Assembly (NCBI RefSeq): GCF_009914755.1
Contig: NC_060940.1
From: the human T2T-CHM13v2.0 reference genome, Homo sapiens
Strand: one strand, 5' to 3'
DNA length: 64,000 bases
The notes under the pieces are model-generated. The model ran no database searches and was not told the origin of the DNA. It worked only from the letters and a program-made list of their open reading frames with translations. Within the stretch, counting starts at the first letter, position 1, and every line of letters starts with the position of its first letter. The position numbers were made by a program, and so were the translations under genes. Shown here piece after piece: positions 13,481 through 30,864 of the stretch.

Positions 13481-16009
13481 CAGCTCCCCACCTCCTGTCC
13501 TGGTAGAAAATGGGGGTGAGTGGGAGAGTTACCATCTGGTTATTCATAGTTCCACCTGTCCGCATCATTCCCAAGCCTTGCCTCCCCTTATCCCATTTTT
13601 AAGCTGGAAAGACAGGTGCTTCAGCCCCACTCCTGAGGGATGGTGGGGGTGTGTAGAGTGGCTCCTGAGTTGACTTCTGCATCGACCTGGGCCTGGTTAG
13701 GAGGCTGTCACCCTCGACCCCTCCAATGCCACATATGCCAGAAGGCATTGCTGAAAGGAACCTCCTTAGGGAAAGGATTGCTGTCCTAGCTGGCCACCAA
13801 CTCCCACAACTTATCAGATGTGTGGCATTGCCTGAGGGAAAAGGCCTAAGGGAAACTGAAGACAACTGAAGTCAGGGGAAAGGGTTGGGACAATGGCCAT
13901 GAACCTGTGTCAGGCAACATGCTTGTACTCTTACCCTGCCACACATGCTTGGACTAGACTATGTGGAGGCTCGGTGACCTCCCCTGCTCACCCCGCTCCT
14001 TGATCACAACCCTGGCAACTCTACAACGGCCACTGTATTTCCTTGCAGGGATGGGCAGGGATGAGACCTCTGTCTGGGGGGCCTTGGGTGCCTCATTGAG
14101 GCCGTCACTCCCATCCAGAGCTGGTGTGTCCGTGGCCAGCCAGGATTCCTGAAAGCAGAGGCATCTGAGGCATGAATTACACGTGGAGTCTAGTGCAGCA
14201 TGATCTCCATGCTCTTTCTGCTGAGAGTACTTTAAATGGGGACGATGCAAATCACAGAAGGGTAGAGTTGGCAGGTAGGGTGGTGCCAGGCAGGCCCCAC
14301 CAGGAGTTCCCAGCCAGGAAAAGCTCCAGGGGGATACTAGGCCCAGGTTCACCATGGGATTTGGGCAGACTTGGCCCTGCCTCCCCAAAGCTTGCAGGAT
14401 AGGAATAACAGTGATCCCCAGAGAGGAAGTCTGTGTGGGGCAAGCACAGAGAATCCACCAACCCAGCCTGGATGGGTGGGTGTCAAGTAAGGCTTCCTGG
14501 AGTATATAGCTGGAGCTAAGGCCAGGAGAGAGTAATGGGTCGGGGAGAGACGTGAGCATCTCAGGCTGCCTGGGATCGAGTCACAGGAGGAGTGGACTGC
14601 ACAGGACTTGTGACTGGTTGGGTCATCTGAACTTTATCTTGAGGGCCTCAGGGAGTCCTGGGTTGGCCTGCAGAGTTCTAAGTCTGAGGGGCGTGGCATT
14701 AGGAAGCATGTGGTCTGTGGCACACAAAATGGCACATAGCCATTTTGCCTGGATTGATGCTAACCGCACTCATCAATTCAGTCAGTCTGTTTATCCTTGG
14801 TCACAGCAGAAGAGCCTCAGACCCCACCCAGAATCACAGAGCAGCAGGAGTCCTAACATGCCCAGCTTCTCAGGGAGTGAGGCTGCTGGCCTTAGCCCTG
14901 GGAGACCTCACGGTGGGCAGTTGGATAAGCAGCTCCTGGGCACAGAGCAGGGATCTGACCTTGACTGTCAGAAGATCAGAATCCTCTAGGGGTGGATCCT
15001 GAAATGGTGGTGGAGGAAAGAGAGACCAGCGATGTGATACAGAAGACCCTGGGCAAGGGGAAGGGACCATAGGCAAGGCCATTTCCACCTCTTGCAGCCT
15101 CAGTCTCCCCATCTGTTAAGTGGAAATAGTAAGGCTGTCCCCTCCCAGTGTTACTTGAGGTGAAAGGCATGTGGATGGCTCTTTTCCTAGTTCCAGGCGC
15201 AGATGGGCTCAGGAAGTGGCCACTGCTATTTTTAGGGGCCACACAGCCTGACCAGGGTAAGGAGCATCTGAGCAAAGCAGATCTGGTGACTTCCTCTTTT
15301 ACCATTTCCCCTTTGGTAGAGACAGTGACCAGGGTCTCTGCCCTGCCCTGCCCAGTCCACAGGCATGTCATCCAGAGGCTGTCATGACAGGGACTCCCTC
15401 CCTCTGCACCCATACCATGAAGGGAGGTGAAGGCATGTGCCGCCCCTGCCTCTCATGGCACCCTGAAGACACTGGGATGGTGCCCAGGGAGGGCACGCCC
15501 TGTTCAGGGTGGATTTACGGTCAGTTCCCAGTGAATGTCCAGGAGAGCCAAGTGCTGGTTTTTCACTCAATGATCATGGACCCTAAACGGGGATGTGTTT
15601 GGGAAGTGGCGAGAGCATGGCATGTGGGGGCAGGTGAGGCCCGAAAGGTCAATGGGAGTAACGAGACTGTGAAGGGCTTTGACGCAGTGGGGAGGGATTT
15701 GGGTGTCACCAGGGCCCCAGAGTTCTGAGTACACTGAATAGGATGGCTGGGATGGAGAGAAGTCACCCTAGGGCCTGGACTGTGGTGATAATGGTGCTGG
15801 TTCAGGGTGGCTGTTTCCAATACGGGCTCCCAGCCATGCTAGGGCCCTCCAGATGATCTGCTCTCTGGCACCTTACTGGACTCTGGCCTTTAGTAAGGCC
15901 TGGGCCCTTGGTAGGCTGGCGGGTGCCAATGTAAGCTTCTCTCAGCTGTGTTTCTGTTCATTTCCCTCCCACCAGCCTGTCCTGCATACTTTGTCTGGTT
16001 GAATTTTAG

Positions 16010-16312
<303 letters not shown>

Positions 16313-17036
16313 TAGTAGAGATGGGCTTTCACCATATTGGCCAAGCTGGTCTTGAACTCCTGACCGCAAGTGATCCACTCACCTCGGCCTCCCAAAGTGC
16401 TGGGATTACAGGCATGAGCCCCTGCGCCCTGCCTCGAAGGTATATATCTAATGACAAGGGCCTTGGCCAAACTTTGGAGGTTCTGGAATGCAAAGGGGTC
16501 TCCAAGCCCCTCCTCCCAGGCAGAGCTCCCATCGGGGTCCATTAACCATAGAAACCATGTGTAGAGGTGTGTCTGTGTTTGCTGGGGGTGATTCAGACCA
16601 AGATCTCATTTAACAGATACGGAAACTGAGGCCTAGTGTGGGGAGTGACTTCACCCTGAACCCCCTTCCAATAATCTGAATGGCCCAGGAGGATGTTCCA
16701 GTGAAAATCCAGGAGACTTACTTTATCTGGAGTTGGAGACAATGTTAGGGCCCTTCCCCAAACATGTCAGGCCTCTCCCAAGCCCCCCACAGGCATCTCT
16801 GCACCACACAGCAGTAGCAGCTTTTCTGCACAAAGATGGTTCCCTGGCCTTTGGGTCAAGGTCCCTGCTCTCTGAATTTCCTGCCACCAGCACTGTGCTT
16901 TAATTTGAGATGTGGAACTGCACAGGTCTGCCATATTATCTGTGGCTCTTCAGGGGGTCTGCTGCAGACATCAAAGTTCTTGGGAGTCTTGAACCTGCCG
17001 GGCTGAGGGCTCACACATGTCCTGTGCCCCCTGCAG

Positions 17037-17193
17037 TCCCTGGTGATTTGGGTAACCAACTGGAAGCCAAGCTGGACAAGCCGACAGTGGTGCACTACCT
17101 CTGCTCCAAGAAGACCGAAAGCTACTTCACAATCTGGCTGAACCTGGAACTGCTGCTGCCTGTCATCATTGACTGCTGGATTGACAATATCAG
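17037..17193 (+). CDS. PLA2G15: PLA2G15 exon 2 (VPGDLGNQLEAKLDKP...CWIDNI)
   Basis: LCAT-family VPGxLGNQL motif; AG/GT boundaries; 157 nt. Confidence 0.97.
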
Positions 17194-17369
17194 GTGGGGG
17201 CTGGGGCACACAGAGGGGGGTGCTGCTCACCAACAGTGCCTGAGAGGCCTCCAGAGTCTGTTCCTTCTATCCTCATCTCGAGGTCACTGACCTCTCTCCT
17301 TCCCCAGGTCCTCGGTCTGGTCTGGTCTGGTCTGGTTGGCACCACCTCTGCACTCCCAGGCAGAACTAA

Positions 17370-17645
<276 letters not shown>

Positions 17646-18024
17646 TGAACTCCTGAGCTCAAGTGTTCTGCCCACCTTGGACTCCCAAAGTGCTGGGATT
17701 ACAGGCATGAGCCACTACGCCTGCCTACACAAAATTTCTGTGTCCCAGCCCCTATTCAGAGCCTCGGCATGGCCCCCACCCCTTTCCTTGTCTGTGCCTC
17801 GGCCTCCCCTACCTCTCCAGCTGCTTATTCTTCTTGGGACATGCCATGTCTTTGTACCTGCTGTTCTTTTGGCCTGGAATCTATTTCTACACCCTTTGCC
17901 TGATAAATGGCTTCCATTCACTTTTTTTTTTTTTTTTTTTTTTGGAGACGGAGTTTTGCTCTTATTGCCCAGGCTGGAGTGCAATGGCGCGATCTCGGCT
18001 CACAACTCTTTTTTTTTTTTTTAA

Positions 18025-18254
<230 letters not shown>

Positions 18255-19209
18255 TGATCCGCCTGCCTCAGCCTCCCAAAGTGCTGGGATTACAGGCGTG
18301 AGCCACCACACCCAGCCCCATTCACTCTTTAAAACATGACCCTAGGCCAGGCATGGTGGCTCTGCTATAATCCCATCACTTTGGGAGGCTGAGGCAGTCA
18401 GATCACCTGAGCTCAGGAGTTGAAGACCAGCCTGGGCAACTTGGTGAAACCCCATCTCTACCAAAAATACAAAAAAATTAGCTGGGCATGGTGGCATGCA
18501 CCTGTAGTCCCAGCTACTTAGGGGGCTGAGGCAGGAGAATTGCTTGAGCCAGGGAAGCAGAGGTTGCAGTGAGCAGACCACTGTACCCAGCCTGGGTTGC
18601 AGAGCAAGACCCTGTCTCAAAACAACAAAAACCTGACCCTGGTCCCTTTGTGACATGTCCCTTTTGACTCCCCAGAGCGGTTTGCCTCTCCTCCCAGGCC
18701 CCATGCTTGCTTCCTCTAAACATCATCATGTGCCCGAATTTGTCTGCAGGCATGTTTGCCCAAATTGCACAGGCACTGTACATTTTATATACTTTCTTTC
18801 AGTTAGTCTTACAGCAACCCCGTTTTGAAATAGGTGCTGTTTTCTTTTTTTTTTTTTCACCAGTGTTACTTGCCAACAGGTGGTTTTTAAACCTGCTTTA
18901 CAACTGCGAAATCTGGAGGCTCAATGAGGTTACAAAATTGACTGTGCTCACTCAGCTAATAAGTGGTAGAATCAGAATTCAAATCCAGAATGTGTGGCGT
19001 TGAGCTGAGGTTCCCTCCCAGGCTGAGTTCCGTGAAGGGAGGGAGTGTGTGTCTGTTTTATCCTTATAGCAGTAGAACCAGAAACACAGTTGGCGCCTGA
19101 TAAATGTTTGAGCTGAATGGAGTCTCCCAAATTAAAAGTTTTTCCTGGTCGGGTGCGGTGGCTCATGCCTGTAATCCCAGCACTTTGGGAGGCTGAGGTG
19201 GACAGATCA

Positions 19210-19602
<393 letters not shown>

Positions 19603-20744
19603 TCAAAAAAAAAAAAAAAAAAAAGTTTTTCCCAGAGACCCGCTAGCTGCTCCTCCAGGTGCCCTGGCCTGCCGGCTGTTTGTGATGCCCATTTTGATGA
19701 CTCCTTCCTCCTCTGTGTGTTGTGTGACTGGGGTTATTTCTGGGCTGTTGATGTGCATTTCTATTTTTATACTGGGGACACAGCCTCAGGTGCTGCCAGT
19801 TGGAGGTGCCAGCTGATACCAAGAGGGGCCTGTCTGCCTTCACTGCTTCTCTGACCCGTTTAGATTTTCACCCAGCGCAGAACTGCTTTGGCTTTCCAGA
19901 ACAGTTTTCTGCATTTTGCTGTTTGATAATTTATTTTTAGTAGCAACAAGCTACTTTGCTATGTGGTCATTGGGATAATCTACAAATTGCCCTGGAGAGA
20001 ATGGGCCTCCAGGACCTGTTATCTGGGTCAGTTGTGGGGATCCTGTCAGCTTCAGTGGCTGATATCTAAGTGGGCAAGTGGGACTCAGGACCACCAGAAA
20101 CTCCAGGTTCCTGTGTTTTGGGGGCACATTTGCTTCTTCAGTGTGTGGCGAGGCCAGAGCAAGGTTCCCAGCCTCGCACAGAGGCACAAGGCTTTTCTCC
20201 TGGTATAAGGTGTCTCCCCTGGCCCATCACCCTGTTCCCATCATTTCTTCAGGCCTTGACAACCCTCTTCCCACAGGAGATGGTGCAGCAGCTGTGTACT
20301 GAGCCCTGAGGCGGGGTCTGTCCTGTCTGGTTCTGTTTGGCACTGCAGCTACAGAAACTATGAGATCACGTGTGTGGTGTTAGAAGCTGCTGAGTCTGTG
20401 GTAATTTATTACACAGTTCTAGAAAACTAATAGGCTGGGTGCAGTGGCTCACACCTATAATCCCAGCACTTTGGGAGGCTAAGGCAGGAGGATCGCTTGA
20501 GCCCAGGAGTTTGAGACCAGCATGAGCACATAGTGTGGCCCTGTCCCTACAAAATAAATAAACAAATAAATAAATAAATTAGCCAGACCTGGTGGTGCCT
20601 GCCTAGCTGTTCAGGAGGGTGAGGTAAGAGGATCACTTGAGCCCAGGAGGTTATGGCTACAGTGAGCTATGATCTCCTCACTGTGCTGCAGCCTGGGCAA
20701 CAGAGTGAGACCCTGTCTCAAAAAAGAAGAAGAAAGAAAAGTAA

Positions 20745-21844
<1,100 letters not shown>

Positions 21845-22059
21845 TAGACTGCCTCTTGGGGTCCAGTGTGAAGTTCACGGCAGAATCAGGACTGGTACTT
21901 CCTTCTCCCAACCAGGTCCAAGACCCTCATTCTAGAGTAGGGTCACGGGGGAGAGGGGAATGTTGCTTTGACAGGGGTCCTGGGGTCAGTATTTGGAGTA
22001 AGTATGCCTTGGTGGGGTCCTCATTTGGATGTAATTACTCTGATCTGTGCTTTTTATTT

Positions 22060-22102
<43 letters not shown>

Positions 22103-22669
22103 TTTTTTTGAGACAGAGTCTTGCTCTGTCGCCCAGGCTGGAGTGCAGTGGTGTGATCTCAGCTCACTACAACCTCCGTGTCACAGGTTCAAGCGATTCT
22201 CCTGCCTCAGCCTCCTGAGTAGCTGGGATTACAGTCGCCTCCCACGACACCCGGCTGATTTTGTATCTTTAGTAGAGATGGGGTTTCGCCATGTTTGTCA
22301 GGCTGGTCTCAAACTCCTCACTCAGGTGACCTGCCAGCCTCAGCCTCCCAAAGTGCTGGGATTAACAGGCGTGAGCCACTGCACCTGGGCAATTTTTGTA
22401 TTTTTAGTAGAGACAGGGTTTCACCATATTGGCCAGGCTGGTTTCAAACTCCTGACCTCAAGTGATCCTCCCACCTCAGCCTCCCTAAGTGCTGGGATTA
22501 CAGGTGATCTGTGCTTTATCAACCTGCTTTGTTACTTTTCGGTCTCTCCTATCCATCTGACCAAACCTGGGCATGAGAAGGGAGTATGACTCAGGACATG
22601 ATGCACTGTTGGGACACACCAAGCTCAGTGTCCCCTCCGGGTCACTGGCTCAATATCCTCTCACAACAG

Positions 22670-22788
22670 GCTGGTTTACAACAAAACATCCAGGGCCACC
22701 CAGTTTCCTGATGGTGTGGATGTACGTGTCCCTGGCTTTGGGAAGACCTTCTCACTGGAGTTCCTGGACCCCAGCAAAAGCAGCGTGG
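22670..22788 (+). CDS. PLA2G15: PLA2G15 exon 3 (LVYNKTSRATQFPDGVDVRVPGFG...)
   Basis: AG/GT boundaries; 119 nt; phase consistent. Confidence 0.96.
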
Positions 22789-23032
22789 GTATGTAGCCCT
22801 TACTCAAGGCCTCCGGGAGCTGGGATGGGGTTTCTGCCGGACTGGAGCTGGAGCTGGAGGAACTCTGCTGGTTTGTAGGGACAGCCTGTGAGCTGTCTCT
22901 GATCAGCGTGGGCACAGAGCCCTGTAGCATTCTTCCAAGGACCTGCTAGCTGTCACAGTCTCCATGCTGGGCATAGTGTAGGTGGCCGGCACTAGCTGTA
23001 TCTTTTCTTATCCTCTGTATTTCTGTCTACAG

Positions 23033-23131
23033 GTTCCTATTTCCACACCATGGTGGAGAGCCTTGTGGGCTGGGGCTACACACGGGGTGAGGATGTCCGA
23101 GGGGCTCCCTATGACTGGCGCCGAGCCCCAA
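23033..23131 (+). CDS. PLA2G15: PLA2G15 exon 4 (SYFHTMVESLVGWGY...GAPYDWRRAP)
   Basis: APYDWR motif; AG/GT boundaries; 99 nt. Confidence 0.97.
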
Positions 23132-23516
23132 GTAAGCAGGCACTCTCATTCCCTCCCTGACGTCTCGGGAGGTAGGGGTGAGGTGATCATGGGCACCACA
23201 GACCTTGGGCTCTCCCCTTGTCCTTGGCTGTCTCCTGTCCCTGGGCCTCTGGCATCCAGTCTAGTGGTCACAGCCACCACCTTTGGTCAGTCTTATCCTG
23301 TCCTCCATTTCCCACCCTGGGACCTCTGGGCCTGTGAGCCCTGGGGAGAAATATAAGGCTTCCTCCCTTCATGGAAGGCGGGGGGACCCAGACCGCTCTG
23401 TTTGAATGTGAGCACCCTCCCCTCCCCCTCTCGTCTTGTGTCTGGCCTGAGAAAAGCTCAGTGGTTCCGGCTCCAGGACCCTTCCCACCTGACCCCTGCC
23501 TGGCTCTGGCCTGCAG

Positions 23517-23741
23517 ATGAAAACGGGCCCTACTTCCTGGCCCTCCGCGAGATGATCGAGGAGATGTACCAGCTGTATGGGGGCCCCGTGGTGCTGGTTG
23601 CCCACAGTATGGGCAACATGTACACGCTCTACTTTCTGCAGCGGCAGCCGCAGGCCTGGAAGGACAAGTATATCCGGGCCTTCGTGTCACTGGGTGCGCC
23701 CTGGGGGGGCGTGGCCAAGACCCTGCGCGTCCTGGCTTCAG
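23517..23741 (+). CDS. PLA2G15: PLA2G15 exon 5 (contains AHSMG catalytic serine motif)
   Basis: AHSMG nucleophile elbow; AG/GT boundaries; 225 nt. Confidence 0.97.
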
Positions 23742-23850
23742 GTAAGACCCTACCTGGCCCAGCGTGGGGGGCTGTTGCCAGGAATTCTGCCCTCTCTTCC
23801 CTTCCTAAGTGTCCTCCTGGGCCAGCATGCCTCGTGTCTGTCCCACGGTG

Positions 23851-24232
23851 TGTGGGGTCTATGCAAATCTACCCCTAAAAGTCCAAAGAAGAAAGAGGCT
23901 GACAAATCTAGTTTCTCAGAGAAAAGCATTTAATAGGGACATACGAATAGAAGCCACATCTGTGTCTCAGGTGGGGGCAAGACAAGATGGTGGATCCCCA
24001 CACTATTAGCCCCCAGACCCAGAGCTTATATTCTGTAGGGAAAGGGCGACTCCGATGCGATGTGTTGAACATTGAAGGATGATAACACAGAGGCTGTTTT
24101 GATTTATGGTTAAGTACGTGCACAAGAAACAGTAGATAAAGTGGAAATCTCAGTGGCCTTCCTGGATCTGGGGTTAATCAGAAGCCAACATGGTGGATTA
24201 GTATCCAAAATGGAGTTGCTTTGGTCTCCACA
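23851..24232. mobile_element. Probable solo LTR (family not identified)
   Basis: About 380 bp bounded by TGTGG...CCACA inverted ends, with composition distinct from the flanks; no clear TSD. Confidence 0.45.
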
Positions 24233-24270
24233 ATGACTATTCTCTTGGGTCAGCCCTGTTTTTTTTTTAA

Positions 24271-24759
<489 letters not shown>

Positions 24760-26449
24760 TAACTGGGACTACAGGCGCGTACCACCACACCCGGCTAATT
24801 TTTGTATTTTTAGTAGAGACTGGGTTTCACTATGTTGGCCGGGCTAGTCTCTAACTCCTGACCTCAAGTCAGGAGGATCTGCCTGCCTCAGCCTCCCAAA
24901 GTGCTGGGATTACAAGCATGAACCACCGCACCCGGCCAGATTTTTTTGTATTTTTAGTAGAGATGGGGTTTCACCATTTTGGTCAGGCTGGTCTTGAACT
25001 CCTGACCTCAAATGATCTGCCCACCTTGACCTCCCAAAGTTCTGGGATTACAAGGATGAGCCACTGCACCTGGCCTCTAGACTACAGTTTTTTATTTATG
25101 AGTTGCGCCTCCATCTGTGGGCAGCACGGAGCCTCTGTAGGCAACACAGGGAGGAAGCAGGTGCAGATCTGGCTGGGCCTGCTTGCCTGGCAATTGGGAA
25201 AGCCACCCCTTTTATGGCTCCTCCCCCGTCTTTTCATGACTGTTGCAGCTCACCAGCTGCAGCTGTAGAGTAGAGCTTCTTCCTCTAGAAGGGAGCTTTC
25301 CTCCCTCTGCTAGGACTTGGGGGAGGCTTATGGACCCTCACTTTGGGAGCTATGAGCCAGGGCTGTGCCAAGCATCTCATGAGCTCAAGTGCCTGCCACT
25401 GCTTGACCTGCTTGGTCTACTGGCATTGTGATTGGGTCAGGCCCAGTGACTCTGAGTTGGCTGGAAGACACTCAGATTTAGTGAGGACTCATTATAGCCA
25501 CCACTTCGGTCTAGCCTGGGCCTGGAGGGACGGATGTGGGCATACCCTGAGTTTAGACAGGTAGCCCCGGCCCCTTTCAGAGTTTCTCTGTGAGTCCCCT
25601 TAGAGCTTTGTTTCAAAGGCTGGGAAGCTGTTCTGTCCTGCCTTGGCAGTCCAGGACTGGGTGTGTGGTGCGGGGAGGTGGAAGTCCGTGCACCCCTAGG
25701 GGCTTTCCTTGCCTCAGGGGTCCCCCAGCCAGGCCACAGCAGGCAGAGCTGAGGCCCTACAGTCAGTCTGAGAGGCCTCCCTGCTTTCAGATACAGGGTG
25801 GGGTGATGGGTGACCATGGATCCTGAACAGGCCAGAGGCCCCTGTTCCCAAGTTGCAGCTTTTACTTCCTGGAGGCCTCCCTGACTGCCGGGTGTTTGTG
25901 TTGTTCACATTCCTGTGTATAGGGACTCCGCCTCCATCTGCAGCCTCCCCTCGTGCCCTGTCTCCAGCACGCCTGGCTGCCCAGGTCAGCGCACATGCAA
26001 GTGGGTGGAATGAGGCCACGGCTGGCTGAACGCTGGTCTGAGCTTAGGAAAAGAAAAACTGGTACACAGTTCAGTGTCATAAAAGGGAAAGCAGAACATG
26101 TCATCTCCGAGTTGCCAACCTGCTGACTCACTTTAGACTAGGTCAGTGCCCACAGGCCTGATCAGCACTTGGAGGATGGTAGAGTTTACAGGCAAGGAAG
26201 CATCATAAATCACCCTGTGGGTATGTGCCGCCTTACTCCCTGGTGAGGAAAGCAAAAAAAACAAAACATAGCTTGGATGTGTGGTTCCCAGATGTAGCAA
26301 AAATAAAGAGAAACAATAAAAGCCAAGGCAAGCAAACTGGGCAACATAGCAAGACCCCATCTGTATAAAAAGTGGAAACATTTTTAGCCCAGGCGTGGTG
26401 GGACGTGCTTGTAGTTCCAGCTATGCAGGAGGCTGACATAGGAGGATCA

Positions 26450-26671
<222 letters not shown>

Positions 26672-26896
26672 TTATACTCCAGCCTGGGCAACAGAGTGAG
26701 ACCCTGTCTCAAAAAGAAAAAAAAAGAGCCAAGGCAGGGATGGGAGTCACAGTGATTACAATGATGATAACCGGGTAGAGATGCGGGACTGTGGACTGGG
26801 CCCCTGGCTGGGGTCTGGCAGGGGCCTGGTGGTGAACATGCTGCCCAACCAGCTGGCATTCCTAAGCACAGACTGACCAGAGCCTTCTCCCTGCAG

Positions 26897-27408
26897 GAGA
26901 CAACAACCGGATCCCAGTCATCGGGCCCCTGAAGATCCGGGAGCAGCAGCGGTCAGCTGTCTCCACCAGCTGGCTGCTGCCCTACAACTACACATGGTCA
27001 CCTGAGAAGGTGTTCGTGCAGACACCCACAATCAACTACACACTGCGGGACTACCGCAAGTTCTTCCAGGACATCGGCTTTGAAGATGGCTGGCTCATGC
27101 GGCAGGACACAGAAGGGCTGGTGGAAGCCACGATGCCACCTGGCGTGCAGCTGCACTGCCTCTATGGTACTGGCGTCCCCACACCAGACTCCTTCTACTA
27201 TGAGAGCTTCCCTGACCGTGACCCTAAAATCTGCTTTGGTGACGGCGATGGTACTGTGAACTTGAAGAGTGCCCTGCAGTGCCAGGCCTGGCAGAGCCGC
27301 CAGGAGCACCAAGTGTTGCTGCAGGAGCTGCCAGGCAGCGAGCACATCGAGATGCTGGCCAACGCCACCACCCTGGCCTATCTGAAACGTGTGCTCCTTG
27401 GGCCCTGA
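26897..27408 (+). CDS. PLA2G15: PLA2G15 exon 6 coding part (GDGDGTV, EHIEML; stop TGA)
   Basis: Catalytic Asp and His motifs; six exons sum to 1239 nt = 412 aa + stop, lysosomal phospholipase A2 / acyltransferase. Confidence 0.97.
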
Positions 27409-28784
27409 CTCCTGTGCCACAGGACTCCTGTGGCTCGGCCGTGGACCTGCTGTTGGCCTCTGGGGCTGTCATGGCCCACGCGTTTTGCAAAGTTTGTGAC
27501 TCACCATTCAAGGCCCCGAGTCTTGGACTGTGAAGCATCTGCCATGGGGAAGTGCTGTTTGTTATCCTTTCTCTGTGGCAGTGAAGAAGGAAGAAATGAG
27601 AGTCTAGACTCAAGGGACACTGGATGGCAAGAATGCTGCTGATGGTGGAACTGCTGTGACCTTAGGACTGGCTCCACAGGGTGGACTGGCTGGGCCCTGG
27701 TCCCAGTCCCTGCCTGGGGCCATGTGTCCCCCCTATTCCTGTGGGCTTTTCATACTTGCCTACTGGGCCCTGGCCCCGCAGCCTTCCTATGAGGGATGTT
27801 ACTGGGCTGTGGTCCTGTACCCAGAGGTCCCAGGGATCGGCTCCTGGCCCCTCGGGTGACCCTTCCCACACACCAGCCACAGATAGGCCTGCCACTGGTC
27901 ATGGGTAGCTAGAGCTGCTGGCTTCCCTGTGGCTTAGCTGGTGGCCAGCCTGACTGGCTTCCTGGGCGAGCCTAGTAGCTCCTGCAGGCAGGGGCAGTTT
28001 GTTGCGTTCTTCGTGGTTCCCAGGCCCTGGGACATCTCACTCCACTCCTACCTCCCTTACCACCAGGAGCATTCAAGCTCTGGATTGGGCAGCAGATGTG
28101 CCCCCAGTCCCGCAGGCTGTGTTCCAGGGGCCCTGATTTCCTCGGATGTGCTATTGGCCCCAGGACTGAAGCTGCCTCCCTTCACCCTGGGACTGTGGTT
28201 CCAAGGATGAGAGCAGGGGTTGGAGCCATGGCCTTCTGGGAACCTATGGAGAAAGGGAATCCAAGGAAGCAGCCAAGGCTGCTCGCAGCTTCCCTGAGCT
28301 GCACCTCTTGCTAACCCCACCATCACACTGCCACCCTGCCCTAGGGTCTCACTAGTACCAAGTGGGTCAGCACAGGGCTGAGGATGGGGCTCCTATCCAC
28401 CCTGGCCAGCACCCAGCTTAGTGCTGGGACTAGCCCAGAAACTTGAATGGGACCCTGAGAGAGCCAGGGGTCCCCTGAGGCCCCCCTAGGGGCTTTCTGT
28501 CTGCCCCAGGGTGCTCCATGGATCTCCCTGTGGCAGCAGGCATGGAGAGTCAGGGCTGCCTTCATGGCAGTAGGCTCTAAGTGGGTGACTGGCCACAGGC
28601 CGAGAAAAGGGTACAGCCTCTAGGTGGGGTTCCCAAAGACGCCTTCAGGCTGGACTGAGCTGCTCTCCCACAGGGTTTCTGTGCAGCTGGATTTTCTCTG
28701 TTGCATACATGCCTGGCATCTGTCTCCCCTTGTTCCTGAGTGGCCCCACATGGGGCTCTGAGCAGGCTGTATCTGGATTCTGGC

Positions 28785-28790
28785 AATAAA
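28785..28790 (+). terminator. PLA2G15 polyadenylation signal
   Basis: AATAAA about 1.38 kb after the stop codon, ending a repeat-free 3' UTR. Confidence 0.8.
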
Positions 28791-29480
28791 AGTACTCTGG
28801 ATGCTGTAAGGTGCCCTGGCCTACATTCTGCTCTGAGCATGAGGGGAGGGAGGTGGTGGAGGTACAAGGTGGCTACAGAGGCAGGAAATTAGGGGCTGGG
28901 CCTTTACAGGAGCCTTGACAGGTTGTCTCAGCATCAAAGCATGGTTCCTGTGCCCTTCTGTGGACCTCATCCTCCTGTCCTCTCTCCTGGAATCCAGTTC
29001 CCTTCCTGGGACTAAGAACCAGAACCTGAAACATTCCTGTGGAAATGGGGTCCTGTCCTCCCCCTGCTCCTGCCTGGTCAGCAGGCCCCACATGCCACCC
29101 AGGAGCTGGGAGCAAGGACAGTCCTGCAGGTCACCCTGGCTACACCCTCCTTCCCAGCCTCTGTCCTCCCTCAGCTTGCAAGTGTCAGCATCCTTTGAAC
29201 CTAGAGTTCTTTTTAGGATGCCACCCTTCTTTGCATCTTCAGCTCATCAGCCTGCCATCTGTACCCCTGGGGAGGTACAGATGAGAGAGATCAAGGGAGG
29301 AAAAGAGACTACTAGGCTGAGACTGGTATGGACAAAGACAGAAACAGAGACAGAGCCAAGGAAACATGGATAGGGGATAGGGTCCCAGCCTGAATTTTGT
29401 AGTCCAGAGCCCAGCCGGTACCCAGTTCTGTCTTAACTCAGCCCCGCAAGCTGGGGCGCCAGACTTTGATACACCAGGGG

Positions 29481-29494
29481 CCACAAGAGGGCGC
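29481..29494 (+). promoter_or_regulatory. CTCF motif between the PLA2G15 3' end and the SLC7A6 promoter
   Basis: CCACAAGAGGGCGC matches the CTCF core consensus. Confidence 0.55.
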
Positions 29495-29829
29495 CCTGAA
29501 CCCTCTCACTGAACCACCTGTTAGCCAAACCTGGAAGGACGAGGTGACCCAGAGTGGGGGTAAAAATGCCTGTGGTAAAAATACTGGGGTCCAGCTGCAG
29601 CTCTGGCCTCAGTAAAAGGATGACAACATGAAAGGGAGCTTCACCCCAGGCCCTGCCCAACCTGACTCCCTGCTTGGCCCTGACACCCCCCTACTCATGG
29701 CACCCCACTCATCCCTGACCCATTTTAGCTTCACCATCACCCTCAGTTTCATAGCTGCAGAGAGAAAGGGCATGGAATCAGAGGAGGCTTAAGGATCAGC
29801 ATACTAGGGTTCAAATCTCAGCTCTACTA

Positions 29830-30294
<465 letters not shown>

Positions 30295-30590
30295 TCAAAA
30301 AAAAAAAAAAAGATGAAATAAATCTGTAGTCCCAAGTAGGAAGCTGAGGCAGGAAGATCGCTTGAAACCAGGAGTTTGAGGCTGCAGTGAGCTATGATCA
30401 CACCTGTGAATAGCCATTGCACTCCAGCCTGGGCAACAGCAAGATCTCTAAAAGCAAAAGAAAAGAATGGTTACAAATAAATGTATCCTGCAGGGTGGTC
30501 CTGAGGAACACTGATGGTGTTGGAGAACATCTGATTCAGGGTGTGGTGTACATTGGGCTTTCAGCTGATGGGCTACGTAACTGGGTATGA

Positions 30591-30864
<274 letters not shown>

